Assembly: GCA_002269645.1 (NCBI GenBank)
Contig: NIVC01002779.1
Location: forward strand, 1-64,000
Length of the DNA: 64,000 nt
Direction of reading: 5' to 3'
From: Macrostomum lignano
Lineage: Eukaryota
Below, one piece after another: positions 26,531 to 39,643 of the stretch. Both the position numbers and the translations under genes were made by a program. How positions within the stretch are numbered: position 1 is the first letter of the stretch; each line of letters opens with the position of its first letter. The notes below the pieces were generated by a model. The model worked only from the letters and a program-made list of their open reading frames with translations. It was not told the origin of the DNA and did not search any database.

Positions 26531-29500
26531 GGTGGTAGATGGAGGAAGCCTGATGGCGCGATTATGGCTGGAAATTAAGAAGCAGGAAGGCTCATTCTAC
26601 AGCTCTCAGGTAGAATTTTCCTAGAAAGCTTCCAGGACTACTTAAAAACACAGGACCTTACACTTGCAAATATTGGAAGAATTCTAAAAGGCCGCTTTGA
26701 ATGTGTGTCTATGGTTTTAGGGGCCTTTTTGCTTAGTAATTCGCATAGCAGTGCAGCATGATAGCCTGTATAAAGTCTAGCTTAGAGCACCAAGTAGACA
26801 AGAGCAAACAGCTAACTGTGCGTTCTCGGGTAAGGTAGCATTTCACTGCGCACATGGGCGTATGCCGCAAGCATTGGCCGGAGGATGCTAGAATGAAGCG
26901 AGCGGAGCCTCGACTCTCAAACGGCACATGAGTGGTCTCGGCCCAGTTGGGACGGATTCCGACTCGATCAAAATATTGTCAAGACACAAAGCGGCCTTTT
27001 AGAATTCTGCCAATATTCGCAAGTGTAACTTCCTGTGTTGTTAAGTAGTCCTTGGAAAGCTTTTCGGATGAATTGTGAGAATTAACTTAAGACTTAGTTT
27101 CAAGACAATTATTTTTTTGCTGGGAGATTTGGCTACAACCCACTTATTTTCATACTTGCTTCCATCTAATCAGACGAATCGCATAAGTTAGCTAAGTCCC
27201 TCTCACCTGTCTTTCGTTCATAGAACGGTCTTCTACCGTCATTGCCTGCCATTCCTATTGAAGAATGATATGGTCGGCGGCGGCGTCGCTGGTCCTGGTT
27301 GCACTCGTGTTGTCCGCAGCGTTGTAAACAAACGAATTCTGACCGAGTGTGACAGCTACAGAAATAGGCGTCTCGCAGAGAAGAGAATTCTGAAAAATAT
27401 TGAGAAAACAGAGTAGCTATGCTTCACTGAGATTGCTGGAACGCTATACTTTTTTTAAATACTTACCATGCGTTAGGCAGTCGTGGCTTCCAATCCAGAG
27501 CAGAGGGAGCCCTAGAGAGAAAGAGAGCCGTTGCCCAACCCCACCGCACAGCCTCCAGTCCGTGCGACCACTACAAGTCTCGCAGGGACCACCAGTATTA
27601 AACTCAAATCAACTCCGGGCTCAGCATTAGATGCCGCTGCAGATACATACTTTTCAGCGCTCTCACTTCTCTCCCCTTCTGATCTCAGTAAGCAGTTTGC
27701 AGTTTGCATGGGTGGGTGAGAGCAGACAAATGGCACAGCGCGGTATGAGGCCCCTTGTCAGCCCAGTTGGAGACCTTCTATACCTTGGATACAGCTACTG
27801 CTTTTGTCCGTCAGGGTCTGTGTTTTATTTTCGTTTTCATCATTTCCACTTAATAGCACTAGGCCAGTCGGGGGGTGGAGAGGGGTAAATTAAAGGCCAT
27901 CATCAACTCGGCTAACCAGAAGAGCTTACACGAGGGTGGAGCCTGTGGTCACAGACCCAGAGTCAACGGGCCAATTCATGAGCGTGTAGCGCACAATGGA
28001 ACAATTGGAAAGCATTTTCGAGACTAGTCTACATTAGCAATGTCGCCTGTTCAATTTGTCTACTTGCCCCAATACCGATTGTTTGAGGCTGAGGACTTGC
28101 TGATGTGGGTGCGACCTACCCTCGTGCGGGTCGGTATAGCGAGATTAGGGTGTCCTATCCTTGCTCAACTATACGCTCTCTCCCACGGCCTCCGTAGTGT
28201 TTGAAACGCTCTTAACCCAGATCACTTGGCCTGCCAATTGAAGCCGCTGACATAACGCAGGATGGCAGAATTTCGGACCATTTCATGAAGGGCCTGACGG
28301 TTTGACCAATGCCTGCCACAGCCGAGCCTTCTGATGGCGGTCAAGCAGCGCCTTGGACTGTGAGACGGCACCAAACAGGTGTACTTCATTCAGGTTGCGC
28401 CGCTGGATGCTAGAGCACAAGACTGATGCTAGAAAAATAACGCACAGAGCTTAACAATTCTTGTTGCTTTGAAACGCCAATCGGCTCAAAATTTTAAATT
28501 TATTCGAATGAGAAACAAAAACAAGAGAACTGCTGTGTTCAGTAAGCATGTTCGTATATCCGCTACAAAATTTAGGGAAAAACTGATAGAATTATGAACT
28601 TAGATTTGAGTAGATTTGAACAATCATGTATCATTCTTTATTCGAGCGCATGGGTTCATTACCAACTGTTGTATAGGTGTGGCATTTTTTGCTTTTCGAC
28701 AAAAAGTAGCATAGATAGAACTACACTAAGATTAACTTTATAGAGGCAAGTCTGAGGAAAAAAATTAATGGGGAAATATATATATTGATAATTGCAGTTA
28801 GAACGAAGAATAATCACGGGAAACAGCTGAGGTATGTTCGAAAAGACGTTTTTTTCAGATAAAAGCTTCTCAAAATGTGTTGCAGGGATCAGCTACAGCC
28901 CTCCACACAGGGCGAACTTCGTGCTATTCTCCACGGACAGCTCCACCTGAGCATCGATGTACTTTAGCAGCACGCACCGTCTCAACCGGCTGTTGTACAA
29001 ATTAAGCGACTTCACGCTGGTAGCCAGCCGAGTGGCCTCCCTAGCCTCATGCAGTGGAGAACCGTGGGTGCCGCGGTCACTTCAGTCTGGCAGTAGACGC
29101 AGTTTTAGGTCTGCCAGGTCTGCCAGTCGAAGTCCACTTGCTGCCACCAGGTGTTTGAAGCGGACTGAGCAGTTAATTCCCACGTATTCGCACACAGCCG
29201 TAGTTCATAGCAGGTCATGTCCGCAAGCGGTGCTGTGGGCTTATTTGCAACACGAATGCAGTTCTCCCCTTTAGCGCCGCTGGGCTCGTTGCCTCACCAA
29301 CGCGCAGAGTTGTTAGGAAAAATTGGATTTCCAGGAGCGACGGTGCGCCAGCCAGTATAGCTGTGCACTATACTCGATCGATCTTTTTCGTACGCAACAA
29401 TATCTCGTTTTCCAGTAGCAAAAGCATGCAGTGCCACATGAGAAGACGGCAGAGTATTTGTTAGGCCGAAGCTGTGGTGCATAAGGCCAGCTTTTCTGTC

Positions 29501-30949
29501 GAACCCAACAGGCCGTTGGCCTCAGTCGAAAACAAAAGCCACCAAGACTGTGCATGGGGCCGGATAATATGATACAGAAATGACCTGTGCAGAAGGGAAA
29601 TCAAACAAACAAGCGAAATTTGTAACAATTTACAATAATTTTATTTCAAAAAGTTGTTTGTAAAGTTTCGAGCAGCTGAATTATTTCGTTTCAAGCTTTC
29701 AAAGGGTTTCGAGGTTCAGTTTGAGGTTTCAGAAGTTGTGAAATTAATCATCAACTCTACAACCAACTTAGGCAAGCTTACTAGGCCTAACGCTTTCTTT
29801 TTCGAATATTTTTATATTGTATGTTATATATTATGCATTAGATTGTTTATATTGTATCACTGAATATTTGTTATAGTAAGACTTTCGCCGAAATGAAACG
29901 AACGTGCTTCGCTGTTATTACCTGAATGCAAGCTATACATCCGCCTAAACTAACGAAACTCATACATGATATCTACAGCATCATTTGCTGTATGATGACT
30001 GAGCTTCAGAAGTTCAAACATCAGATTATGATTAGGGCCTAGATAAAGATTAAACTTTATGGTTTTAAGTTGGCATTGACACTTGACATGCCCTTTGAAT
30101 AAAAAGTAGGTTTTTTAAAATGAATAGCTGCAATGCATTTACATAAAATTAAAAGCAAATATAAACTAGAAAGAAGAGAAAAAACTTTTGATAGGCTAAA
30201 GAAAAAAAATTATATTGGCCTAGCTATAGTATAGGCATAGCCATAGCCCATGGCCATAGTCCATTGGCCAACCTAGCCATCAAATATTCTAGGAATCTAG
30301 CAGTTCTAGCTTCATTAAGATAATAAACTATTATCTTTTTCATTGAAAAGATCAGCTTAGCCTAACTAAAAAACCTGTGACGCTCACAAAAATACTAAAA
30401 ATAAAATAAGTGCTTTTGTATTTTCAAACTTCAACAAAAATGGTAGGCCTTGCTACTTAATGCCCTAAGTTCTAGCAGGCTTATAAAAAAGTCCAAGGGC
30501 ATAGCCTAGATTTTTGGGGATATCAGTTAGGGCCTAGCTATTATTAGGCGTAGTCTACTTTCACTTATTATATGTATACTTTTCTGGCTTGGCTTAATTC
30601 ATATTCATAAAACATAACTCCCTATTGTGTTTATATATGTATATATAATTCATATTCATAATGTAAGAAAAAATAAAAACTAAAGTATTTCAACTTTAAT
30701 CTAACTAGGCCTAATCTATAATACTTTTCCAAGCCAATATTATAACCAACCTTCATGTTTATATCATTTTATCTAATTCAAAGTGTATATTCTTTGCAGA
30801 ATGTAGTGTAATATATAAGCAGTAAAGATAGGCCTACTTAAGTATAGCTTACTTATATATATCAATTTGATCATTAAAAGAAAAGTAGAATGTGTATCCT
30901 CTTATTATATTAATGTAGTATTTTAGTGTCTTTACATTCAATGATTAAT

Positions 30950-32950
30950 GAATCTTCTCTACTAATATGATTAGTTATATATATTCATCAACATTAAACT
31001 TTGCCACCCTTTGCCTTAGTGAGCAATGTTTTTTCACTAGCATTTTATCACTTGGCCAACTATTTTGATATTAAAAATGCTTGAAAAAACTATGAAAACC
31101 TAGGTAGAAGCTTTAATCCATCCAATCTTTGCCTTCCACTCTTCCCAATCATACTGTTGATTATATGTTACTTATGCTTATTCTAGGCCTATTAAAACTT
31201 ATTGACTAAAAGTTTAACTTAATTATTTATAAATCAATTCTACAAGACCCATTCTGTATAAACTGATTGATAACTTTATTAATATCCAGCTTTATGTCCC
31301 TATGAATTAGAAGCTAAGCCAATCCTATTAGTCACTCTTGTCTCATTGTAGAATGTGGGTACAACTTCAGTGGACAAAGCTAACTAAATGACCATTTTTG
31401 CTGTTGCAGTAGTGATAGGAATCATTGTTAAAACTTATAGAAGCTGGATATTAGAGAAGCTCTGGAGTCTCACAGCTGAATTTGTTAATGTCTCAAGCAC
31501 ATGTCACAGTCAGTCCTTTAGATTGACATTCTGCCAGTGCTTTTTCTATAGCAAGAATTCAGCTTTGATGTCATTCCACAAAGCTTAATCCACATAATTA
31601 TCTAATGTAAATTTCTATTGGTTTCTTCATATTATCAAAAATTTTGTCAATAACACTATGAGAAAGCAGTCGTGCTATCTGAAATGCAAGCTAGGCATAT
31701 GAACTAAAGCACTCCTTAAGAGTAGCACTTATATTATCCAATGAATAGATTGTACATTGCTATGTGGCATTTATCACATGCTGTTTAGACATTGGGGTTG
31801 GCACAATGCTTCTATTGATACCTGGTATTGGTTCAAGGCTTTTGTAGTTGCTTGTCAAGTGCTTTCTTAGTAAAATCAAATATCTTATTATAATTAACAT
31901 GGCCATCATCAGAGTAGAAATCTTGAAGGACATTAATGATAGCCTTAATTTAATTGACATAATCAACAAGATTGAGATCTACACACTGCAATTTCTCTGA
32001 TAATGGTTTTATGATAATGAGAACAGCATTGATAATGTGGCTTGCAATAACATATTTGCTGTCTATTAAATGTTTAAGGTTGTTTCGAGCATTGTTGCCT
32101 GCCTCTTCTCCCCATGTGCTGATCTCCTCTAGAGCTTCAATGATTGCTAAGAAGAGAAGGTTGAATCAGATAAAAGCCTCTTGTTTTTTAACCCATCTGG
32201 TCTTGCAATATTTTAGAAGTTGATGCACAAATGACTCCAGAACCAACTCTTAGATTTTTTCAAGCAAAGCTATTCTTTGTAGCAATGAGTAAATGAAGAC
32301 TATGAGTCATGGCTGTATTAACAGCAGTAATGGTAGCACAAACTGAATCTAGATTACAAGTATCCTGGAAAGATAGGTTTAGATTATGTGTAGCACAGTG
32401 CAAATAAATTGCTAGTTTTTTTCCCAGCTGCTTGCTAATCATTGCCTGAATGCCATTGAATCTATCATAGCTTTAAGCAACAAGTTTTACTGTAATATGG
32501 AGAGAATTAAGTATCTTAAGAAGCTTTGTTGCAAGTTGGATAATCAAAACTTCAACGTGAACAAAGCATATAAACTCTTTGTGAATAGCTACACTTCCAT
32601 TGTTGATGTTGAGGTACCTAACACAGATGGACATCTATTCTTTGTGCAAGCAGTGCAAAGTAGTCTACTACTAAAATCCAAAATTGCCAAATCTTGGGTG
32701 ATAACATCAGAAAGAGCCCGAGTTATTTTATTCTGTGATTCACTAGAAGTTTATTTGGAATTTGATGGTCTAATACAAAGGTGTTCACATAGAACAAGAT
32801 CATGTTTTGGGAGAAACTGCAGAAGTGCAATGAAGTTACCTTTGTCTTAAGTCAATAGTTCTATTTGAATGAACTTTTATAAGCCCAACAGTCCCGATGT
32901 CCTTGAAAAGCCAGACCATAGCAAGTAAGAAATTCAATTGGTTCAATTAC
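30950..32950 (-). mobile_element. Decayed hAT transposase (ZMYM1/DUF4371-like)
   Basis: YFALLA..., IHKEFICFVHVE and GIQAMI...AIYLHCATHNLNL (hAT A.Y.HC.AH.LNL motif), with many stops. Element ends not found. Confidence 0.75.
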
Positions 32951-33270
32951 ATATTTTAGTCTATTTATTTTCTTTTACCAGCTTTGTGCAACTGATATCC
33001 AGCATGTGGCCAACATTTGTTCCAGATAGCAGGATATTAGCTTTGATCACAGAGTCACTTCTGTGGTAGTTACATACTGTGGTAGGCATGATACTGTGCA
33101 TCTTCAGGTTTATTTTTGAGCAAAAGAAACAAGTGAGATCGGCAGTAAATAAATACAAAATTTTGGGTGTAAATTCAATCAATATTTGAAGTATATGCTT
33201 GTTGGTCCAAAAGTTGAAAGGCAAAGTCCAGGGACAGAATGATAGCAATATAGTTAGAAGTATATAATGT

Positions 33271-33551
33271 ATGAGTGCCTTTTAGTCTTCCCCATGTACC
33301 TGCACACTAGAATCAGAGAGCATTGGCTAAAACTGTTGGCTATCCAAAACCATCTCTTAGAGTATAATAGTTGCTCCAATTGCAAACCCAAAGAGCACTT
33401 CAAAGTCATTGATCAATGCTCATTTGACACCAAACTCCAGATACTTGAAGTGCTGTACATTAGAGCGCATTCCCCAACCTCAACACTCAATTCCAACACA
33501 GTGGTGTGGGACATGTTCTCCATGTGTTCTGAGGGAAGGGGCACTAGATGA
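33271..33551 (+). mobile_element. Penelope-like GIY-YIG endonuclease C-terminal fragment between 180-bp inverted duplications
   Basis: LHTRIREH...IQNHL...C...F.VI.....LQILEVLYI...P..LN. Flanks 33091-33270 and 33552-33731 are reverse complements. Confidence 0.7.
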
Positions 33552-33929
33552 ACATTATATGCTTCTAACTATATTGCTATTATTCTATCCCTGGACTTTG
33601 CCTCTCAACTTTTGGACCAACAAACATGTACTTCAAATATTGATTGAATTTGCACCCAAATTTTTTTATTTATTTACTGCCAATCTCACTCACTTCTTTT
33701 GCTCAAAAATAAACCTAAAGATGCACAGTATTGTGCAAAATGCGTTGATCAATTAAATTAATATAATGTTGATTTTTGTCTTCCTATTCATCTTACTTGC
33801 CAAGCGAGCAACTTTACCTGAATATTACTAAAGTAGCTTTTACCACAGTGGACTATTACCTTGCTAAGTCTAATAGACAAACAATTTTTGTGATAGAAAA
33901 ATACTGAAGTGAATTAAGATGAAGTAGCA

Positions 33930-34450
33930 ATACAAGTAGATCAATAAAATGCAAATTTAGTCAACTGCAGCCTTCAAAGTAGTTGCTGCCACTTTCAACA
34001 TATCACCTCAATTGTTGTTGCCAGCTCCTGATGCAGCTTTGGAAGTCCTTCATGATGCCCATCGGCACCCTTATCACACTCCCTGATGGCATCTAAGTCT
34101 TCAAATCTGGATTCTTTGAGGACCTACTTCACCTTGGGAAAGGGCCAAAAATCATGGCATTATATCTGGTAAATAAGGTGTGTGGCTCAAATCTGTGACC
34201 TGTCTTTTTGCCCAAAATTGTCTCAATGTCTCAATGTCCAATTGCAGCTTTTATGATCATCACTAAAAAACTTTGGCACTATCTTTGATGACCTTCTGTC
34301 CATCCTAAAATTGCTTATGCCATTAGTACACCCTTGCTTGAGACAGAATCATCTCTATATGCTTGACAAAGCAATTGGAGGCATTCCAATGGCTTCTTGC
34401 CAAGTTTTACCAAAAGCTTAATTTTGACTAGTTGCTTGTTGTTCATTTTG
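33930..34450 (-). mobile_element. Internally deleted mariner remnant
   Basis: N-terminal IKLLVKLGKKPLECLQLLCQAY joined to C-terminal SHTPYLPD..., SRFEDL and VESGSNYFEG. Confidence 0.7.
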
Positions 34451-35014
34451 TGACAGCAATATGAGAGCTGTAATGAAAAACAGATAGAAAATTATGAAAA
34501 CCAAAACACCTCAACGCAATACTGCTTCCTATAAAATCTAAGAAGCTAAGTTTCAAGAAGACATAATGATCAATTTTAGTGAAAGCTTATACTTAAGATT
34601 TAAATAGCAATTCTCATTACTATTTGGCCACACCTTGTACAGTACTTAAATCTTGAATGAATCTGAATAATTAAATAACAATTGAGTCAGTTTTCAAAGT
34701 CTTGCTTAGATTGAGCTAGTAGTTGTGTCTAGTTGTCTCTTGGATTGCCAAATGAATTGTACAAGAAGATATATGCTTAAAGGCATCAAGGAAAAGTCTG
34801 GAGAAAGTCAAGGCTGTCACACCCATAATTCACAATGTAAGTCACACCTGACACATCTGAATGCATGCCTGCATGCAGTAATCAATGTGTTATTAGTAAA
34901 CTAAAACTTAAATGTTCTTCATTTCCAAAGTTCCTAAAGTGAGACTAAACTTATAAAAAAGATGGCGAGGGGCAAAGTGAGTGTTGCAAAGGTAAAAATT
35001 AGGCAACTCAACTA

Positions 35015-35270
35015 AAGGTGCAACTTGCGAGTATCGAACTCACAACTTGAAGGTCAGGGATTCGATTCCCAACCCACTTGGAACAGTTTGTTTCCTTGAG
35101 CAAGACACTTAACTCTGCATTGCTTCAGTTCACCCAGCTGTAAAATGGGTGCCAGCATTAGCTGGGGTAATTGAAGGTGTCGGGTGTATGTGTATGTGGC
35201 AATCCCCCCTCCAGTCCTTGGACTGAACAGCTGCACGCAGCCTTCAAATGTGGCTGAGCTGTCGGTTTAA
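35015..35270 (+). mobile_element. CORE-like tRNA SINE, copy 1
   Basis: Homologous to 56605-56902 and 60913-61131; B box GATTCGATTCC. Confidence 0.85.
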
Positions 35271-35321
35271 CATTTATTTTTATTTTTGTTGTTAAAGAAG
35301 AGGAAGCACTGATAGTAAAAT

Positions 35322-36620
35322 ATGGCTATCGCTAATAGCTATAGCTACTCAAAACCGGTTAGAAGGGTTCAATACTTGCGATTGACTTGTTAACTTTGCG
35401 GTACGGTCTAACTTCCAGCCGTGCACTCGTCCAATCCGCGGCCCGGCGGACGCCCTAGCGCGCGGCTTCTCGCGACCGTTTTCTCTGTTCCGCTGCTGGC
35501 AGCGGGACGCCATCCGGTCGGGCCTGTGCGGCCAGGCCAACACCATGGTCCTGGCCAGCGCCTGCGCTAAAACCCTGAAACCTTCGCAGCGGCCAATGCA
35601 ACTGGCTGACGCCAACGAGGACGCTTTTCTATTTTTATCTAGCGAGTGCAGTCGGAAGGGCTGCCAGATCGCTCAGAACAATCGAGTGTCACTTTTCTTT
35701 GATTGGCTGGCCCAAGGCCGTCACGTGACTGTCGAAGGCGAAGTGGCGATTGTAAGGTAAATATCGTTACAGGATTCACGGACCCCGGTTTTTTCGGCTA
35801 ATCACTGTTTTTTACAATTCTTTTGTTATTTTTTAATTCCGTCACGACAAGAGATCTTCAAGAATATGAATTTAAGTTTCTAAAAAAGTCGCAGGATTTC
35901 GTGTCAGTTATAGTTTCTAAAAATAGTGACGGGATTCGGTGTCAGTATAGTTTCTAAAAATAGTGACGGGATTCGGTGTCAGTATAGTTTCTAAAAATAG
36001 TGACGGGATTCGGTGTCAGTATAGTTTCTAAAAATAGTGACGGGATTCGGTGTCGTATAGTTTCTAAAAATAGTGACGGGATTCCTCGTCAGTATAGTTT
36101 CTAAAAATAGCCACGGGATTCTGTGTCAGTATTGTTTCTAAAAATAACCACGTGATTTCGGGTCACTATGGTTTCTTAAAAAGGCATAGAAATTCGGTAC
36201 CATTTACAGTGAATTTAGTGCAAATTCGAAAACTAAAATTTTTCATCAACTCCTCCCTCTGGCAGAGACAAGCAGCAAATCTGTCGCTACTTCAGCCAAA
36301 CATTCACCCCGGATCTGTGCCGCTACTTCTACGCCATAGACAGCAACCAGAGCCTGGCCATAGATGACGAGTTCAAAGAACAATTCCAACAGGAGGTTGA
36401 CGCTCTGATCAGGGGCGGCGACAGTAAAGGCCCGCCGCCACCGCCTCCTTCAATGGTGCTGTTTTGCGTTGAAGCCACCGGCTACGAATTCTGTGAGAAT
36501 TCCAATGAGATTGGCAACGTGCGCCTGGTTTATTCGCGCTGTACCGAGGACTCGCAGGTTGACAATCGGTTCACATTCAGCGAGTGTCCCGACTGGGTGG
36601 TGGAGCAGATTGCTCAGTAG
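35322..36620 (+). CDS. Divergent pyridoxamine 5'-phosphate oxidase (PNPO)-like FMN split-barrel protein, about 242 aa; exons (35322-35357 tentative), 35419-35756, 36266-36620
   Basis: PFSLFRCWQRDA...ANTMVLAS...PSQR...FLFLSSECSRKG.QI..N..VSLFFDW...RHVTVEG aligns to PNPO. Phase-2 intron AG|GTAAAT...GGCAG|A gives an open last exon ending DWVVEQIAQ (PNPO: DWLYERLAP). Confidence 0.8.
35900..36155. repeat. 37-bp minisatellite in the PNPO-like intron
   Basis: About 7 units of GTCAGTATAGTTTCTAAAAATAGTGACGGGATTCGGT. Confidence 0.9.
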
Positions 36621-36737
36621 TGGATCTGTGCTGCGAAATATTTCACTCCTTTTTACAATTGTTAGAACTGCCTGAAGTACTCGTACCTTGCGTTGTTAAT
36701 AACTTCACTTATTTTCAGCCATATTTCCAAATGCTCA

Positions 36738-38048
36738 GATGCGCCATCCTCTCCCAGATCCTCAGAGTGAGGCGCCATCCTCTCCCAGATCCTCAGAGTG
36801 AGGCGCCATCCTCTCCCAGATCCTCAGAGTGAGGCGCCATCCTCTCCCAGATCCTCAGAGTGAGGTGCCATCCTCTCCCAGATCCTCAGAGTGAGGCGCC
36901 ATCCTCTCCCAGATCCTCAGAGTGAGGCGCCACTCTCTCCCAGATCCTCAGAGTGAGGCGCCTTCCTCTCCCAGATCCTCAGAGTGAGGCGCCATCCTCT
37001 CCCAGATCCTCAGAGTGAGGCGCCACTCTCTCCCAGATCCTCAGAGGCGCCATCCTCTCCCAGATCCTCAGAGTGAGGCGCCATCCTCTCCCAGTTCCTC
37101 AAAGAGAGGCGCCATCCTCTCCCAGTTCCTCAGAGTGAGGCGCCACTCTCTCCCAGATCCTCAGAGTGAGGCGCCATCCTCTCCCAGATCCTCAGAGTGA
37201 GGCGCCATCCTCTCCCAGATCCTCAGAGTGAGGCGCCATCCTCTCCCAGATCCTCAGAGTGAGGCGCCACTCTCTCCCAGATCCTCAGAGTGAGGCGCCA
37301 CTCTCTCCCAGATCCTCAGAGTGAGGCGCCATCCTCTCCCAGATCCTCAAAGTGAGGTGCCATCCTCTCCCAGATCCTCAGAGTGAGGCGCCATCCTCTC
37401 CCAGATCCTCAGAGTGAGGTGCCATCCTCTCCCAGATCCTCAGAGTGAGGCGCCATCCTCTCCCAGATCCTCAGAGTGAGGCGCCACTCTCTCCCAGATC
37501 CTCAGAGTGAGGCGCCTTCCTCTCCCAGATCCTCAGAGTGAGGCGCCATCCTCTCCCAGATCCTCAGAGTGAGGCGCCACTCTCTCCCAGATCCTCAGAC
37601 TGGACCGCCATCCTCTCCCAGATCCTCAGACTGGACCGCCATCCTCTCCCAGATCCTCAGACTGGACCGCCATCCTCTCCCAGATCCTCAGACTGGACCG
37701 CCATCCTCTCCCAGATCCTCAGACTGGACCGCCATCCTCTCCCAGATCCTCAGACTGGACCGCCATCCTCTCCCAGATCCTCAGACTGGACCGCCATCCT
37801 CTCCCAGATCCTCAGACTGGACCGCCATCCTCTCCCAGATCCTCAGACTGGACCGCCATCCTCTCCCAGATCCTCAGACTGGACCGCCATCCTCTCCCAG
37901 ATCCTCAGACTGGACCGCCATCCTCTCCCAGATCCTCAGACTGGACCGCCATCCTCTCCCAGATCCTCAGACTGGACCGCCATCCTCTCCCAGATCCTCA
38001 GACTGGACCGCCATCCTCTCCCAGATCCGCAGACTGGACCGCCATCCT
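36738..38048. repeat. 31-bp minisatellite with two homogenised sub-arrays
   Basis: Unit CCATCCTCTCCCAGATCCTCAGA followed by GTGAGGCG up to about 37597, then by CTGGACCG. Confidence 0.95.
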
Positions 38049-38511
38049 CAGTATTTATCAATTCAAATATCGGTGTTAGCGCCTGTACTGGCAATATGTG
38101 CTTTAATTTTTTAATTTCTACATTTATCATTTATTCAATAATCGAACAATTTACAATTTTTACATGCTTCAAGTGATGCTTTTGGAAACCATTAAATGCA
38201 GGTTCTTATTTAGATATTTTTGTAATTAGCTCTTTTTTTCTCTAGGTGCACTCAGTGCGTAGCAGCAGTTTTTCATTTCAATAATCTTCCTCCAATTTTT
38301 TTTATTCAAAATATTGTGTAGAACTATTTTTTAAAATTACTTTAACTTTTGTAAGTGTTTTATTGCTTTGCAAGTACACCTTGAAAGAGTCCAGTCTTTT
38401 GTTTACAGTATTTGTTTGCACTCGGTATCTGCGACTTCAGCGAACTTCTTTACTTGTGTTTTAAGTATTCGATTGAGTTAATTTCCTAATTTTCATCTAC
38501 TGTGTGCCCCT

Positions 38512-39495
38512 ACAGTCATTAGAGTGCTGTAGGGGCTGCCTGCTACAGCCAATAGAGTGCTGTAGGGGCTGCCTGCTACAGCCAATAGAGTGCTGTAGGG
38601 GCTGCTACAGCCAATAGAGTGCTGTAGGGGCTGCCTGCTACAGCCAATAGAGTGCTGTAGGGGCTGCTACAGCCAATAGAGTGCTGTAGGGGCTGCTACA
38701 GCCAATAGAGTGCTGTAGGGGCTGCTACAGTCAATAGAGTGCTGTAGGGGCTGCTACAGCCAATAGAGTGCTGTAGGGGCTGCTACAGTCAATAGAGTGC
38801 TGTAGAGGCTGCTACAGCCAATAGAGTGCTGTAGGGGCTGCTACAGTCAATAGAGTGCTGTAGAGGCTGCTACAGTCAATAGAGTGCTGTAGAGGCTGCT
38901 ACAGTCAATAGAGTGCTGTAGGGGCTGCTACAGTCAATAGAGTGCTGTAGAGGCTGCTACAGTCAATAGAGTGCTGTAGGGGCTGCTACAGCCAATAGAG
39001 TGCTGTAGGGGCTGCTACAGCCAATAGAGTGCTGTAGGGGCTGCTACAGTCAATAGAGTGCTGTAGGGGCTGCTACAGCCAATAGAGTGCTGTAGGGGCT
39101 GCTACAGTCAATAGAGTGCTGTAGAGGCTGCTACAGTCAATAGAGTGCTGTAGAGGCTGCTACAGTCAATAGAGTGCTGTAGAGGCTGCTACAGTCAATA
39201 GAGTGCTGTAGGGGCTGCTACAGTCAATAGAGTGCTGTAGAGGCTGCTACAGTCAATAGAGTGCTGTAGAGGCTGCTACAGTCAATAGAGTGCTGTAGGG
39301 GCTGCTACAGTCAATAGAGTGCTGTAGGGGCTGCTACAGTCAACAGGGTGCTGTAGGGGCTGCTACAGTCAACAGGGTGCTGTAGGGGCTGCTACAGTCA
39401 ATAGGGTGCTGTAGGGGCTGCTACAGTCAATAGAGTGCTGTAGGGGCTGCTACAGTCAACAGGGTGCTGTAGGGGCTGCTACAGCCAATAGTGCT
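38512..39495. repeat. 29-bp minisatellite (CAATAGAGTGCTGTAGGGGCTGCTACAGC/T) with an internal CTGTAG/CTACAG hairpin
   Basis: Directly visible. Confidence 0.95.
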
Positions 39496-39643
39496 GTCAA
39501 GCAACAGCCCCATAATGAAACAACTGTCACCTTTGCTAATTGCTGCGCAGTTATTTATGCTGTCTACCGTTAGCCAGTTGCTGGGTGGTAGCAACTAAGC
39601 CAATCAATACTTACTCGAAACTGTAGCGGCCAGTACAGCGGTC

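Noticed and set aside
33271-33551. Hammerhead ribozyme expected near a Penelope fragment (CTGATGA near 50147 also examined)
   Set aside because: No CUGANGA...GAAA core with the required stems was found by eye.
29560-35000. Single large hAT element spanning the AT-rich block
   Set aside because: No matching TIR or TSD pair was found; only internal remnants are reported.
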